Assembly: GCA_051294375.1 (NCBI GenBank)
Contig: CM119263.1
Location: 24,494,187-24,558,186 of the forward strand
Length of the DNA: 64,000 nt
Reading direction: 5' to 3'
DNA from: Paraspadella gotoi
Taxonomy: Eukaryota > Animalia > Chaetognatha
Shown here: positions 15,023 to 28,789 of the stretch, in pieces
Layout: every line of letters starts with the position of its first letter
Numbering within the stretch: the first letter of the stretch is position 1
The notes under the pieces: model-generated
What the model was told of the DNA's origin: nothing
The model's input: only the letters and a program-made list of their open reading frames with translations
Database searches by the model: none
Translations under genes and position numbers: made by a program

Positions 15023-16605
15023 ATCGATGAATCGATGGAGACGATGAGAGATTCCTTTTGTTTTTGTTCTTTAATTGAGATAAAAGTTGTCGCGGACGAA
15101 GAAGACGACGATGGCGACGAAGCAGTGGGAAGAGAAGAAGAAAAATAGGATGACGAAGACGAAAAACGACAACGTTAGAGATGACATCGACGATAGGAAA
15201 AGAAAGAGGAGAGGAGGAATAAGGATGAAGATGACAAAGACAAAGACAAAGACAAAGGTGACGTCGACAATTGGTGATCATGACGATAACACCTTTGATG
15301 ATAATGACGACGACGCCGACGACGACGACGAAAAATATGAGGAAGAAGACGAAGGCGAGGGAACGTGACTTTTGCCTTTTATCGGATTCGACGGGGTAGA
15401 GACTAGAGAGGGAAGAAGAGGGAGAGAAAGAAATAGAGAGGGAGACAGAGACAGAGAAAGGTTGAAGAGAGAAAACGATAAAACATGGTGGGGAAAACGG
15501 AAGAGGCAGAAAATGAGAAAGAGAAAAATGAGAAGATCGAAGAAGATTCGTATAATGAGAAGAAAGAGGGCGAAAGGATAAATTAAGGAAGTGGTTCTCT
15601 TTATTTATTATTAATTGTTTATTAACAACTTTATAATAAAAATACCGGAGTTAATAAATTTATTTAAAGAATAATTTGATGATTGTATATTGGATGTATC
15701 AATTTCTAATCAATAGAGATAGATAATAGTAAGAGAGTGGAAAAAGAAAAAGAAGAAATGGTAAGAATCATGGATAGCCAAGTTTTTGTTTGTTTTTTTA
15801 GTTTAATTTTCCCCTAAAATATTTTAAAAGAAATAAAGATGGAGATTTCTTTTTTCTCAACCCTCCGTTCCTCTCCAAAAAAAAAAAAAAACCGGAAAGA
15901 ATAAGTTAATTGGACGAGATGAGAGAAGACGATTAGAAATGGAGAGCGAGACATTAATTAACTCTCGGGCGGAGTTTTCAGTTCTGAGGGAGAAAGAAAT
16001 AAAAGAAGCGGAATTAATCGACTTCGAATAGCGATTCATCAAAAAAAAAGAGATTTAAAATTAAAATTTTATTTTTTTAAAACTGAAATTAAAAAGTACG
16101 AATATTTTTTTGAATCGATTTCGTTCGAATGCAATTTTAAAAGGCGATGAGAAAGAAAAAGGAAAGAAACTTGAGTTTCAATTCGCCGATGATTTCAGAC
16201 GCAATTAATTCCTTCATTCCCCATTTATTCAAAATTCTCTCAATCAGTCTCCCATTTTTTTTTATTTGCCTGTTATTTTTTTTTCGTCTTTATCTTCCTG
16301 TATCTTTTTTCATTCGCTCGTGATTTTCGAGTTGTTTTTGAACGGCTGTTAAAACGTTTTGTATTTTAAAACGCTGTAAAACTAAACTTTTCTGCGCCCA
16401 ATTTTAAATTATTTTAAAGTTATATTGTATAACATTGTATAACATAGTCATAGAGAAGCGAATTAAGAATGCAAAGAAAATTGATTCAGACGAGAACGCA
16501 GAACTGTTCTGCCATGTTTCTCTCACTCTCTCGCTCTCTCTTTCTCCTCCTCTCTCTCACTCTGCAAATTAGAAAACGAGGTAGGCGTTGAAAAAAAAAT
16601 CTCAG

Positions 16606-16696
<91 letters not shown>

Positions 16697-17212
16697 AGAG
16701 AGAGAGAGAGAGAGAGAGCAGAGAGAGAGAGAGCTCCTTCCCTTTAAAAGGTAAACCGTTGTCGTAAGTCCTTGTCGTGTCGTCGTCGTCGTCGCCGCCT
16801 CGCTCGGAGTCGCGGCGCGTCTTTCATTTTAATGAAGCGTCGATTGTGGACAGGAAATGGAGCTGCAACGCGGAGGCGGGAGGGGGGGTGGTCGCGGGGA
16901 GCTTGACTAGAGTGGAAGGAAATGGTGGCGGGAACGACGGTGAAACTGGGGAGGTGGTCACTGGTCAGGGGTTTGGAATAGAGTAGTGCGAATGCGGCTT
17001 TGGAATCGGGGATTTGAAACGAAGGGTTGAGTTGAGTTAGTTCCGTTTATTGACAGAAGACAGAAAGTCTGGTGGTAGAAATGGAAATGTGGGAGTATCG
17101 GTATGAGAAGGAGGATGTTAATAGGAGAGAGAAAAAGTGGTGTGGATCGTTTTGAAGGTGATGGAGAGAGAGGAGAGAGAGAGAGGAGAGAGAGAGAGAG
17201 AAGAGAGAGAGA

Positions 17213-17252
<40 letters not shown>

Positions 17253-17402
17253 AGAAAGTGGTAAATTGCTGTGGATCGTTTTGAAGGTGATGGAGAGAGA
17301 GAGAAGAGAGAGAGAGAGAGAAGAGAGAGAGAAGAGAAGAGAAGAATGAGAGAGAGAGAGGAGAAGAGCGGAGAGAGAGAGAGAGAGAGAGAGAGAAGAG
17401 AA

Positions 17403-17444
<42 letters not shown>

Positions 17445-18097
17445 GGAGGGAGGGAATTTGAATGGAAGGTAATGAAAAGGAAGGGGAGGTTGGATTTATG
17501 AAGAGGGAGTTAAGTTTAGAGAAGAGAAACGTAGAGATGAAAGGTAAAAAGAAAAGAAAGAGAAGGGAGAACAAAGTGACGGGATTTTTTCAATAGGAAA
17601 ATATTTAAAAATATTATATTAAAATATTTAACTTTGAGCAAAATACAAAAAAAAAGAAAATTTGAAAAGAAAGAAAATTAAAGCAAAAGATTTCGAAGAC
17701 AAATTTCGCGAGCAAAGTCATCGCTTTTTTCATCTCCTTGACAACGACGACGCCGTTGAGAGCGCCGCCGCCGACGGCGACTACGACGCCCGCAACGCGC
17801 TCGCCGACGACGCCTACGACAACAACGACGACGCTGAATTAAGTCAAAACAAACAATCTTGGTTCCCGCGATTTCTCTCGCCTCAATCCCTTCCCTTTCT
17901 CTTTATGAATATTGTCGCCGCCCCACAACCATTAACCCCACCACACCACACCTCCCTTCTCCCAGCCCCACAACACAACCCCAACATCCACGTCGCGCCC
18001 ACAAAGCCCCACGGCACCGAGTCGACCCTTTGTTGGCGCTAACCCGTTCAAATGAAGTCTTAATCCCGGCGTTTGTGACTCACCGATGACGTCACGG

Positions 18098-18282
<185 letters not shown>

Positions 18283-18847
18283 GAAAACGATCGTCGTTTG
18301 TGTCGGATATATTTTACGGTCGATTCCACGTAAATTTTGTGTCGTAGCCTGAGGTAAGTAACGAGGCAGGCTAAAAGGAGAGGGGCACGTGGAATGTGAG
18401 GCGAAAAATATGCACTGCTATTATTGGCATAATGCATGAAATCAATCTTAGAAGTTTTTATCCTGCAAGAGTCAGCAATATAAGTTCAGAGAATAACTTC
18501 TCGAGTGATCGGGGACCAAAGAATCGGGAACGGCAGGCAGGAGTGAGTGGCAAGTGGGAGCAGAAAGGGAAGGAGGAGAAGGGAGGGAAGGGAAGGGAAG
18601 GGAAGGAAGGGAAGGGAAGGCCTGAAGAGGTGAAAGGGACAGCGGGAGGGAAGGAAAGAGGAAGAGAATGAGAGAAGGAAGGGAACTGGGCAGTACGGAG
18701 CAGAGAGTCCAAAGTGTGAGCAGAAAGTGGGAGGATTTCTTTTCCTGAGGGAGATTTTATTTTTTCCCATTTTCCACGCGGTCGAACGCGAAAAGCGAGA
18801 AATTTGTTTTTTTGTTTTTCGGATTTGGCGTCGAATTCGGATGAGGA

Positions 18848-18884
<37 letters not shown>

Positions 18885-20484
18885 TTATGGCAGATTTCTT
18901 TGCGACGAAGCGGAAGAGATTTAAAGTGAAATTCGATCCGATCAAAGAAGAGCGCCGTATCTCTCGGTGTCACAAAAGTGTCACCGAATGACACGTCCGC
19001 TTCACCCTCGCGTCCCTTAATATCGCTCCGCATTTTATCTCGACGCCTCATCCCCTTTAAACCCGATTATCGTCCCACCCTTCCCCGTAAACCGCAATCC
19101 ACATTTTTCTCCGATCCCCAAAAACCTCATTTTCATTTTTCTCTCTCTCTTTCTCCCTTCCATCTCATCCTCGCCAATTGACGACGTCAACAATCAACTT
19201 GTTCCGCCAATTTCCATCATCAAAAACCCATCTGCGAAAACTCACGTTATCTTCTTTTCACCTCTCAAACAATTTTTTTTTCTTCACCACCTCAGGATTC
19301 TCCCTCACCTTCCACCTTACCCTCGGCCCACTCTCACCCGCCCGCCCGCGACTCCACCCAACCGCCTCTCATTGTTATGAAATGTCGTTTTCTTGGGCGG
19401 AGGAGGCGTCGCGCCCATAACTCGACACCTAATGGTTCATCCGAGACTTAATAGCTTTTTTTTTCTCTCAGATTCGCGAATTATTTTTAATATAATCTGT
19501 GTTGGTATCATGTTATTTGTTTCCCCGAGAATAAAAACGAGAATATTATTAAATTCAAGTACAAGAGATGAACCTGCCCCCTGTAGTCCACATTTTTGGG
19601 CGAACGGCTAATTTGATTCAATGAATTCAAAGATATTTAAACCGATAAATCAAATGTCATAAAAACATTTTGCTCTAAGACACAGCTTTTTCCCCACCAA
19701 CATTACTTTTGACAGTCTCGAGTTTTCGTGAAGCGCTTTCGTCAATGCGATAATTTACTTTCTCGTTAAATCTGACAGAGACGTTTTGTTCGGTTTATTT
19801 TTCAACCTCCTTCCACGCGAACCTCGTCCACAACCAATCACCAACGTCATTTTCATTCATTCCCAGACCCCAATAGTTAAATCTGTCACACCTTCGAAGC
19901 ATTTACCCCCCCCCCTTACGAACCGAATTCTCCACCACTCTCAACTAACCAGAACCCCCAGCCACCCATCGGTCCTTTTCAAACCTTTTCTCTCACCCCA
20001 CCCCCACCTCCGCCGCCCCAATCCCATCAACGCTCTCCATTAAAAGCGGCGGTTCCCTCATTTCCAACGGAAGGGGTTTTTCAACGAGGAGGGGAGGAGG
20101 AGGAGAGGAGGAGGAGAGGAGAGAAGAGAATGGGAGGAGGACGCCGCCCCATCAGATCTAATGGTCGAAACGAAGTTCATTTAGTCTCATTTGAATGTTG
20201 GGGTCTTTTGTCATATTAGTGTCCCCGGATCCGCCTAATTCTCTCGTTAGGGAAGTCGACGAGAGCGATGGAACGCCTCTCGGCATCTTCGGTTTACGTA
20301 GTGTTAAACAACCTAGCGGCGAAATAGTAAATAGAAAAGGTTCGACTCAGTATATAACCATAATTTAGGTCCGACTGTTTACAATTCTATTCGCGAGATT
20401 AGAATACAATTCGCAATGGAAACGAGTTTTGAGTTTCATCGCTGTCACCAAATGTCTTTCAACAAAGAACGGAAAAGAAAGTTT

Positions 20485-22383
20485 AAATATCATTCCTAGT
20501 AAAATCATCCTCTTCTTCCTCTTCGCCTCGTTTTCGTCGTCGCATCGTCTGCTTCTTCGTCCTCGTCGTTATCGTCTCTTTCGTCTTCGTCGTCCGTCGT
20601 CGTCGCCGATGCCTCACGAAGCCGCCAAAGATGAGGGATGAGCAAAAATCCCTGCGGAAATCCAAGTGAGAGTTGAAAATCACACGTCCGCCGAAATCTT
20701 GGATTGATGGAGTCGTAGATTAGACTGTTAACTTGAGGAGTCGAGATTTGAGGAGTTTATTGAGGAGTGAGAGATTCCACGTGCTCGACATCGGCAGAGA
20801 GAAGAAGATAGTTGCTCCCAAAAACCAATTTTTTTGATTGAGTTTTTGGGTTCAAATTCTCTGCCGATCTAAGGCTCTTTTTGTACGATCGGATTGATCC
20901 GCTCCTTGCTTTTATCATTTTCAGCCCGCCCTTTGGTTCTGTTTATTTCTTTATGCTAAAACACTACTTTTCTCTCTTCATTAATATTCTGTAATTGGGC
21001 TTTTCTTTTTTTTATCGAGCCTTGACCGGCGAAGCGGGTCAGGCTCTATAATGTTTTAGGTTTGATTCTTTGACGTAGTCGTCGTCGTCAGTCCGTGGCC
21101 GTCTACGTCATATTTTTTGTTTAAAAACTACTGCGCCTTTTATAAGTTTTGGCCTGGGGACTACCTTTTTTTTTAAATAAAAATTATTATGAATTATTAT
21201 AGAAGTTTTACAAAAGTTGTGCGATCATAGTAATTTAAAAATTAGATATGGTCTTCTTCACTTGAAAAGCTTTGATATTTTCTTATTTACATTTGGATTT
21301 AAGTATTTTTTTTTGAATTTCTTTCAATATGATTTACTGCAATATGCAAATGAGATTATTAGTCTACCATTATAAATGATCTCAAATAAGTTATATAGAG
21401 TAATGCTTTAACAATTTTACATATTGCAGGTATATAATATTGAAGATGAAGATTTCAAAAAATTTTTTTTAAATTTCTAATAAAAATGGAACTCAAAAGG
21501 ATTTTTTTAATGAGACTATATCTTAATTTTAAATCAAATAAAAATAAATAATCTTTTACAAGCTGACGATGGCGAAAAAATTGGAAAAGTTTCAATTGTA
21601 AACCATTGTAACATTTTTTCCTTTTCTTTTATTTATTTTTTAATTATATATATTTTTTTTAGGTCGCTGCCTTTTCTGAATCGTTTAAAAACGAGTTCAG
21701 TTTCTCTCTGTCTCAATCTTTGTGTGCGATCTCTTGCGTGATCGATCGTTTTTTTGAAAAATTTCTGATTATTTTTTCTCTTCTAAAAAACATATATATT
21801 TGATCAGGGCGCGCGCCTTTTCTGAATCGTTTAAAAAGAAACGAGTTCAGGCCTCCTCTCTCTCTCTCCCTCCGTCTCCCTCCCGTCTTCTCTCTCTCTC
21901 TCATCTCATCTCTCTCTCTTCTCTCTCTCTCTCTTCTCTCTCTCTCTTTTTTTTAACAAAAAAAATAATTATTTCACTTGTGTTTTACCAGACCGTTTTT
22001 GAAATAAACTTATGATTTCTTTCCTTCTAAAAACTTTATTTATCGCCATTTAATTCCGCGCTTCTTTCTCAATACATATCTTCTCAAATTATCATCTGTA
22101 GATTTTCGTGGATGTTTTTTTTGAGGTAATGTATATAGATAATTCTTGTATTTCCTGGATTTCGTTGGCCGTGCGGGCAACGAGTATAACAATGTCGAGG
22201 AACTATGACTAAAATAACTGCGTTTTGATGGCAACGGAACGTTACGGTATAAAAAAAATCAAACTTGACCGAGATCACAGCCGATATAACAAGGAGTGGA
22301 CCTAATATTGCGTATCGTTGGCGGGAAGATTACTTCTATCTACTTTCTCTCTCTCTACTTCATCTCTCTCTCTCTCTCTCTCT

Positions 22384-22433
<50 letters not shown>

Positions 22434-25400
22434 TTTTTTATTTACAAAAAAAAATTTAATTCACTTGTAAACGAGTAAACGAGTTTCCGGCTCTCTCTCT
22501 CTCTCCTTCTCTCTCTCCTTCTTCTCTTCTCTCTCTCTCTCGCTTATCTCTATCTTTCTCTCTATCTGTCTCTCTATCTCTCTTCTCTCTTTCTATCTTC
22601 TTTTTTTGATACAAAAATAATTTTTAGTCACCTTTATATTTCACCTCCGTCATTAAACGAAGTTTTCCGGCTTCTCTCTATCTCTCTCTCTCTCTTTTAT
22701 TTTATTACAAAAAAAAATTTATTTAGTCACTTTTTTTTCACCAGGCGACGCAGTAAAGACGAGTAAACGAGTTCCGGCTCTGTTCAGCTTTCTCTCTCTC
22801 TTCTCTTCCTCTCTCTCTCTTCCTCTCTCTCTCTCTCTTTATTCCTCCTTTTCTTTTTTTCTTCTGCGTCTCTCTCTCCATTTACGTATTCGTAAAAATA
22901 TATTAGAAAGGTAAAAGATGTTTGTCATCTCCTACTTCAATATTATTTTCGTTCTTGTAAGTAAACGAGTTCTATTGTTTTTCTTTCTGCTATTTGTGTC
23001 TGGTCCATCTTCTTCTCTCTATTATCTTTCTTTTTTTTTTTTTCTTCTTTTCTTCTTTCTCTCTTCTTTTCTTTCTTTATTCTTTTTTTTTTTTTTTTTC
23101 TGTTCTTTTTTTTCTTTTTTTTTTTTTTGTTTTTTTTGCTTGTTTTTTTTTTTGTTCTCTTCGGCTCTTCCTCCTTCTCGACTCTCTCCTCCTCCCTCCT
23201 CGTCTCCGTCCTCCCCCCTCCCTCATCCCTCTCCGCCTCTCCCTCTCTCTTCTCTTTTTTTTCTTTTTTTCTCCCCCTCTCTTTTTTTTTCTTTTTTGCC
23301 TTTTTTATTTTTTTTCCCCCCCTCCCCATTCTTCTCCTCTTCACCTCTCTCCATCTCCTGTCTCCTCCGTCCTCCCTCCCTCGCCCTCCTCCTCCCTCCC
23401 CGTCTCTTCTTCCCTCCTCCCGCCCTCCGGTCTCCTCTCCCTCTTCCTCTCTCTCTCCTCTGTGCCTCCCCCCCGTCTCCTCTCTCTCTCTCTTCTTTTT
23501 TTTTTCTTTTCTAATTTTATTCCGCCATTTTTATTCCGCGCTTTTTTCTCAATACAAATCCCAAATTTTACAATCCGAGATTTTCGTGAATTTTTTTCAT
23601 TTTTAAAATTTGATTGATTCTTTATATAAACGAAGCGAAACTGAACCACCAGTCCTCGTTCTCCACTCTTTCTTCCTCCCTCGTCTCCGTCCCCTCTCCT
23701 CCCCGTTCTCTTCGCTCTCTCCTCTCTCTCTCTCATCTCTCTTTCATTCATACACGCATTTGTTTGTTTATTTACCGATTGAATGATTCCATCGCGTCAA
23801 TGAATGACTATCATTCGCATCAAATGAATGGATTATCATCATTATCCATGAATGTTTACAATCAACATCATTGAATGATATCATCGCATCATGCAATTTG
23901 AAATTATCATCACATCATTAATTTTGGTTTACATCGCATCAATTATTGGTTTATCATCCGCATCAATATTTGGTTATCATCGCATCATATTTGGTTACCA
24001 TGCGAAGCGCCTCGATCTCCTATGCTTTTAAGATTTTTTAAACTTTTGTGTTTTCTTTTGATACATTTTTTTGTTTCCTATTTTCAATTTTCAATCTCGT
24101 CGAGACGCGACTTGATCTAAAAGACGCTTCACGATCTGTTTTTTTCCGTCGATAATACGTTAAACTTTAAAAAAAGGGAAATGTTACCGAAAAAGGTTTC
24201 ATCGTCTGAATCACACGTTTTCGGCGCTCGAATGAGAGAGATGCAGAGAAGCATCCTTTTCATTTTCGACATTTCCGCAATTCCTACTTTTTTCCTCCAA
24301 ATTCCCCCCCCCCCCCCGCCAATGACGTCTCCAGATTCGGCGAAGAATCACATCTCCACAAGATCGAATCATTTTTATCGCTTCCAGAATTTTATTCTAC
24401 TTTTATCGCTCGTTTCATTCGGAAGCGTTGGAAGTTTTCATCACCATTAACGTCGCGGGTCGTCGTCGGCGTCATCGTCGTCGTCATCGTCGTCGTTATC
24501 TCTATTGTTAACGACTTCGCTTGTCGTGGGATCTTCTCGAAATTGTAAAAAATGAGATTTTACATTAAATCTTGAAATTTTCAACCTCGACGTCGAATCC
24601 TTAATAATCTGGATAATCATTGTGTCTTCGTCGTCGTCGTCGTCATCATTGTCGTCGTCGTGTCTTCATCTAATTTCCACAGTTTCACGATCTACTTGAT
24701 TTTTTTTTCCACGAGATTCTTCAAGTAAGGTAACTCGTTTGACATCGTCGTCCTCATCGTCGTCCTCATCGTCGTCGTCGTCGTCGTCGTCGTCGCAATC
24801 ATTCTTATCTTTATTCGTCGTCGCCCAGACCGAAGCCACCGACGCTGAAGCTACTTTCGTCGTCGTCTTCGTCGTCGTCGTCGTCGTCGTCACGATGATC
24901 CCGATCGTGGGCCGAACTCATGAGCCATTACGAGGCGGAATCGTCTAACGACCGGAATTAGGCGATGGATTGGTGGGTTGGGAAGGTTGTAGGCAGGTGA
25001 CGACGACGACGAGTCTGACGAGACGACGAATGATCATGAAGTGATGAATGATGATGATGATGATGATGATGTGTGCATGACTGATTAGAAGCAGCATCAT
25101 ATGATTTGCATGATGAGTGATGATTGATGATTGGACGATGAACGATGGATGATCGACGCTGCTGTATGATTTGATTGAGGATGCATGTACGATGATTGAT
25201 GATAATGAATGTGACGATTATGACAATGATGATATATAATGGATCATGATATCAATTAATTAAGATGATCACGTTGATGTCGACGATAATGATGAAGACG
25301 AAGAAGCTAAGAATGATAAAGATATCGATGACGAAGAATTGATCATGATGATCTTGTCGACGATAAGAATTATGATTATTATGACGACAATCAATATTAC

Positions 25401-26754
25401 TACTAAATGACTATATTATGACTATAGACGATGATGAAAACGCACAGGCCTTCCTTCTCATGTCGCCATGACGACGACGNNNNNNNNNNCTAAATGACTA
25501 TATTACGACTATAGACGATGATGAAAACGCACAGGCCTTCCTTCTCGTGTCGCCATGACGACGACGACGACGACGACGNNNNNNNNNNNNNNNNNNNNNN
25601 NNNNNNNNNNNNNNNNNNNNNNNNNNNNNNNNNNNNNNNNNNNNNNNNNNNNNNNNNNNNNNNNNNNNNNNNNNNNNNNNNNNNNNNNNNNNNNNNNNNN
25701 NNNNNNNNNNNNNNNNNNNNNNNNNNNNNNNNNNNNNNNNNNNNNNNNNNNNNNNNNNNNNNNNNNNNNNNNNNNNNNNNNNNNNNNNNNNNNNNNNNNN
25801 NNNNNNGAGAGAGGGAAGGAAGCGATCGGCTAATGTGAAGAAGAGGAAACTCGATCGATTTGGGGTTGAGGAGGAAAAATTTTGAGAATTATTTTAATAA
25901 TAATAAATGACATTGTCACGTTTAAGTTGTTTCGGGCGAGGGAGCGAAACCTTCCGGTCATGATTTGCTTTTTTGCATATAGCCGAAATATCATTCACCC
26001 AAAAAAATTTGACACTATAATTTATAATCAATCAAACTGAGAAATAAAGATAAGAAATAAGTTAGTTTCGAATTCACTATTGGATACAATCGATTTCGAT
26101 GAGCGTTGCTTCTTCAGTACGCCCCCTCTTGTTTTCGTATTGTACTATTTACTTTGCATATATGCCTTTTCAGCCTTGGCCTCCTCGCTTTTTTGTTTTA
26201 CACACGTGACCCTATTGCCATTCGCCAATCACCGGTCTCCATTCCTCACTCTGTCCGATCTCCTGCGTCTGTTTTCCGATCACTGTTCTGTGATCCCCAG
26301 TCTCTGTGATCTCCGTTCTCTGTGATTCGATTGGTTACTCTTAACAAACGCCTCAGAGAAGGAGACTGAAGTCAAAGAAAGCTTATGACTGATGGCATAT
26401 ATGTAAACTTTGGTTGCGAGTGGAATTGCTGGGTCAGAGGGCGCGGCGACCATAAAGAGAATGGCCCAGTTGAAACGGAGACTCGGTAAGTTAAGTTAAG
26501 CGTGGACGTTGGACTGGAAACTGGAAAGGAGGTTGCGAGGTAAGGTCGAGTGAGGGCTTCGGGGGAGTGGAGGGAGTGTGAACTTTGGAAGGGCGGGCGG
26601 GAGAGGGGGCGTTGGCCGCAGTAATGATTCGTTGGACTGCGTCGGTGACCCTTCGACGGACATAATGGTCAGGCAACGAGGATCCATTAACAAGGCGAAA
26701 CTGTTGACCCCCCGCACGACTCGACCGGGGTAAGGAGAAAGGAGGAGAAAATGG
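20485..26754. repeat. Left arm of large inverted duplication
   Basis: 20485-21013 = revcomp of ~35580-36117; 24034-26015 = revcomp of ~33681-35579; 26012-26754 = revcomp of 27391-28122. Confidence 0.95.
21014..24033 (+). mobile_element. Non-autonomous Helentron/DINE-1-like (HINE) element, ~3 kb, with internal tandem repeats
   Basis: Absent from the homologous arm (empty T-run at 35571-35579); inserted in a T-run; 5' ATCGAG with hairpin GAGCCTTGACCGGCGAAGCGGGTCAGGCTC, then a (GTC)n tract; 3' GCGAAGCGCCTCGAT sub-terminal inverted repeat; no transposase seen. Confidence 0.7.
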
Positions 26755-27078
26755 NNNNNNNNNNNNNNNNNNNNNNNNNGGGAAGATTGGGCGGTGATGA
26801 GGAAGAGTTCCCTTCTCTCTTCTTGTCACTTCTCAACGGGGATGAAGACGTGAGGAAAATATACTTGAACCATTATCATCACTTTTCTCTCTCTCTCTCT
26901 CCTCTCTCTCTCTCTTCTCTCTCTCCCTCTCTTTCTCTCTCTCTCTCTTTTCTCCTCCTCTCCTCTCTTTTCTCTCTTCTTTCCTTTTCGCTCTAACTCA
27001 AAGTCGCTATTCCCGAATGAGCCTTTTCTCTCTTTTTTTTTCCTTTCGATTCCCTCTCTGCTTCTCTCTCTTCTCTCT

Positions 27079-27126
<48 letters not shown>

Positions 27127-28122
27127 TCTCTCTCATTTCTTTATTCTTTAACCAGACGTTTTCCTTTTTTTCCCTCTCTTTCCCTTTTCCATTTTTCGTG
27201 TCGTTTTTGTTTCTCGATTACTATCCCTTTTCTATTAAAAACTAGTTCTTCTTTAATTATCATTGATAGCTACCTCCTTAATAATTTATCTTCTCATCTT
27301 ACACGCTACACTTTTTTAATTATTAATTTTTTGTCATCTTGAACTTCTTCCTCTTTCTTTCTTTCTTTCTTTACTCTCTTTCCTTTCCTTCCATTTTCTC
27401 CTCTTTCTCCTTACCCCGGTCGAGTCGTGCGGGGGTCAACAGTTTCGCCTTGTTAATGGATCCTCGTTGCTGACCATTATGTCCGTCGAAGAGGTCACCG
27501 ACGCAGTCCAACGAATCATTACTGCGGCCAACGCCCCCTCTCCGCCCGCCCTTCCAAAGTTCACACTCCTCCATCGCCCCGAAGCCCTCACTCGACCTTA
27601 CCTCGCAACCTCCTTTCCAGTTTTCAGTCCAACGTCCACGCTTAACTTAACTTACCGAGTCTCCGTTTAAACTGGGCCATTCTCTTTATGGTCGCCGCGC
27701 CCTCTGACCAGCAATTCCAACTCGCAACCAAAGTTTACATATATGCCATCAGTCATAAGCTTTCTTGACTTCAGTCTCCTTCTCTGAGGCGTTTGTTAAG
27801 AGTAACCAATCGAATCACAGAGAACGGAGATCACAGAGACTGGGGATCACAGAACAGTGATCGGAAACAGACGCAGGAGATCGGAACAGAGTGAGGAATG
27901 GAGACGCGTGAATGGCGAATGGCAAAAGGGGCACGAGTGTAAACAAAAAAGCGAGGAGGCCAAGGCTGAAAAGGCATATATGCAAAGTAAATAGTACAAT
28001 ACGAAAACAGAGGGGGCGTACTGAAGAAGCAACGCTCATCGAAATCGATTGTATCCAATAGTGAATCGAAACTAACTTATTCTTATCTTATTCTCAGTTT
28101 GATTGATTATAAATTATAGTGT

Positions 28123-28350
28123 TGTGGACGCACAAGTTCAGAGTAAGAATGATTTATTCTTCAACAACGTATAAACAATAAAAGTCAAAATGCTCAGATG
28201 CTAAGTCTATTACAATGGTATTTACAAAGGTCAACGTTTGACCAAAAAGGTCAACGTTTTGACCATAAATAGGTTGGGGAAAATGAGCGAGGGAAGTTCG
28301 GTAAGGTCAGTGGTTTGACCGAGTTGCGTGTTCTAGAATGTTCGTCCACA
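28123..28350 (-). repeat. 3' LTR of the Gypsy element
   Basis: Same sequence as the 5' LTR apart from mostly 1-nt indels; AATAAA on the minus strand at ~28153-28158; preceded by the PPT. Confidence 0.97.
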
Positions 28351-28362
28351 CATCCCCCCACC
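28351..28362 (-). promoter_or_regulatory. Polypurine tract
   Basis: GGTGGGGGGATG immediately before the 3' LTR. Confidence 0.8.
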
Positions 28363-28789
28363 AAGCCTTTGACCGGGTGGGAGAAGGCTTGAAAAGAGTT
28401 ATTGAATTGCGTCGTCGTTTTCGTCGTCGTCTTCCGGCGGTTGAAGCATCGTCGGAAGTATGCTGATAAGACAGGGATTGACGAAGATTGTCGACGAGCA
28501 ACTTGCGGCGTCATGGAGAACGCGAGTGGCGCCGCTTCCGTTTCTGGAGGCGGTGACGTGGCGGGACTGCAGAGGCGCCGCGCGGGCGCCACGTGGTCGC
28601 GCCTGTGGTGGCGCCGCTTCCGTTTCCATAGGCGGGGCTGCTGAGATACGCGGCGACTATGTGGTCGCGCCTGCGGTGGATCAGGGGGGTGCGACTTCGT
28701 CGTTGACGTCGAGTGGTGCCGCTGTTGGAACATGACGCGGGCGACCACGTGGTCCGCTGCGGTGGATCAGGAGGTGCGGCTTCGTCGGT

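Noticed and set aside
17137-17345. ~130-bp tandem duplication with GTGGATCGTTTTGAAGGTGATGG
   Set aside because: Microsatellite-associated local duplication with no further signal
22918-23751. Long ORFs (130-207 aa) in several frames
   Set aside because: Low-complexity CT/T tracts without stop codons; no domain content
25400-25578. ~80-bp direct duplication
   Set aside because: Copies flank a 10-N gap and the other arm has one copy; unmerged contig overlap
26358-26485. Possible exon (CAG| ... |GTAAGT) in the duplicated arm
   Set aside because: No convincing reading frame or partner exons; splice-like words alone are insufficient
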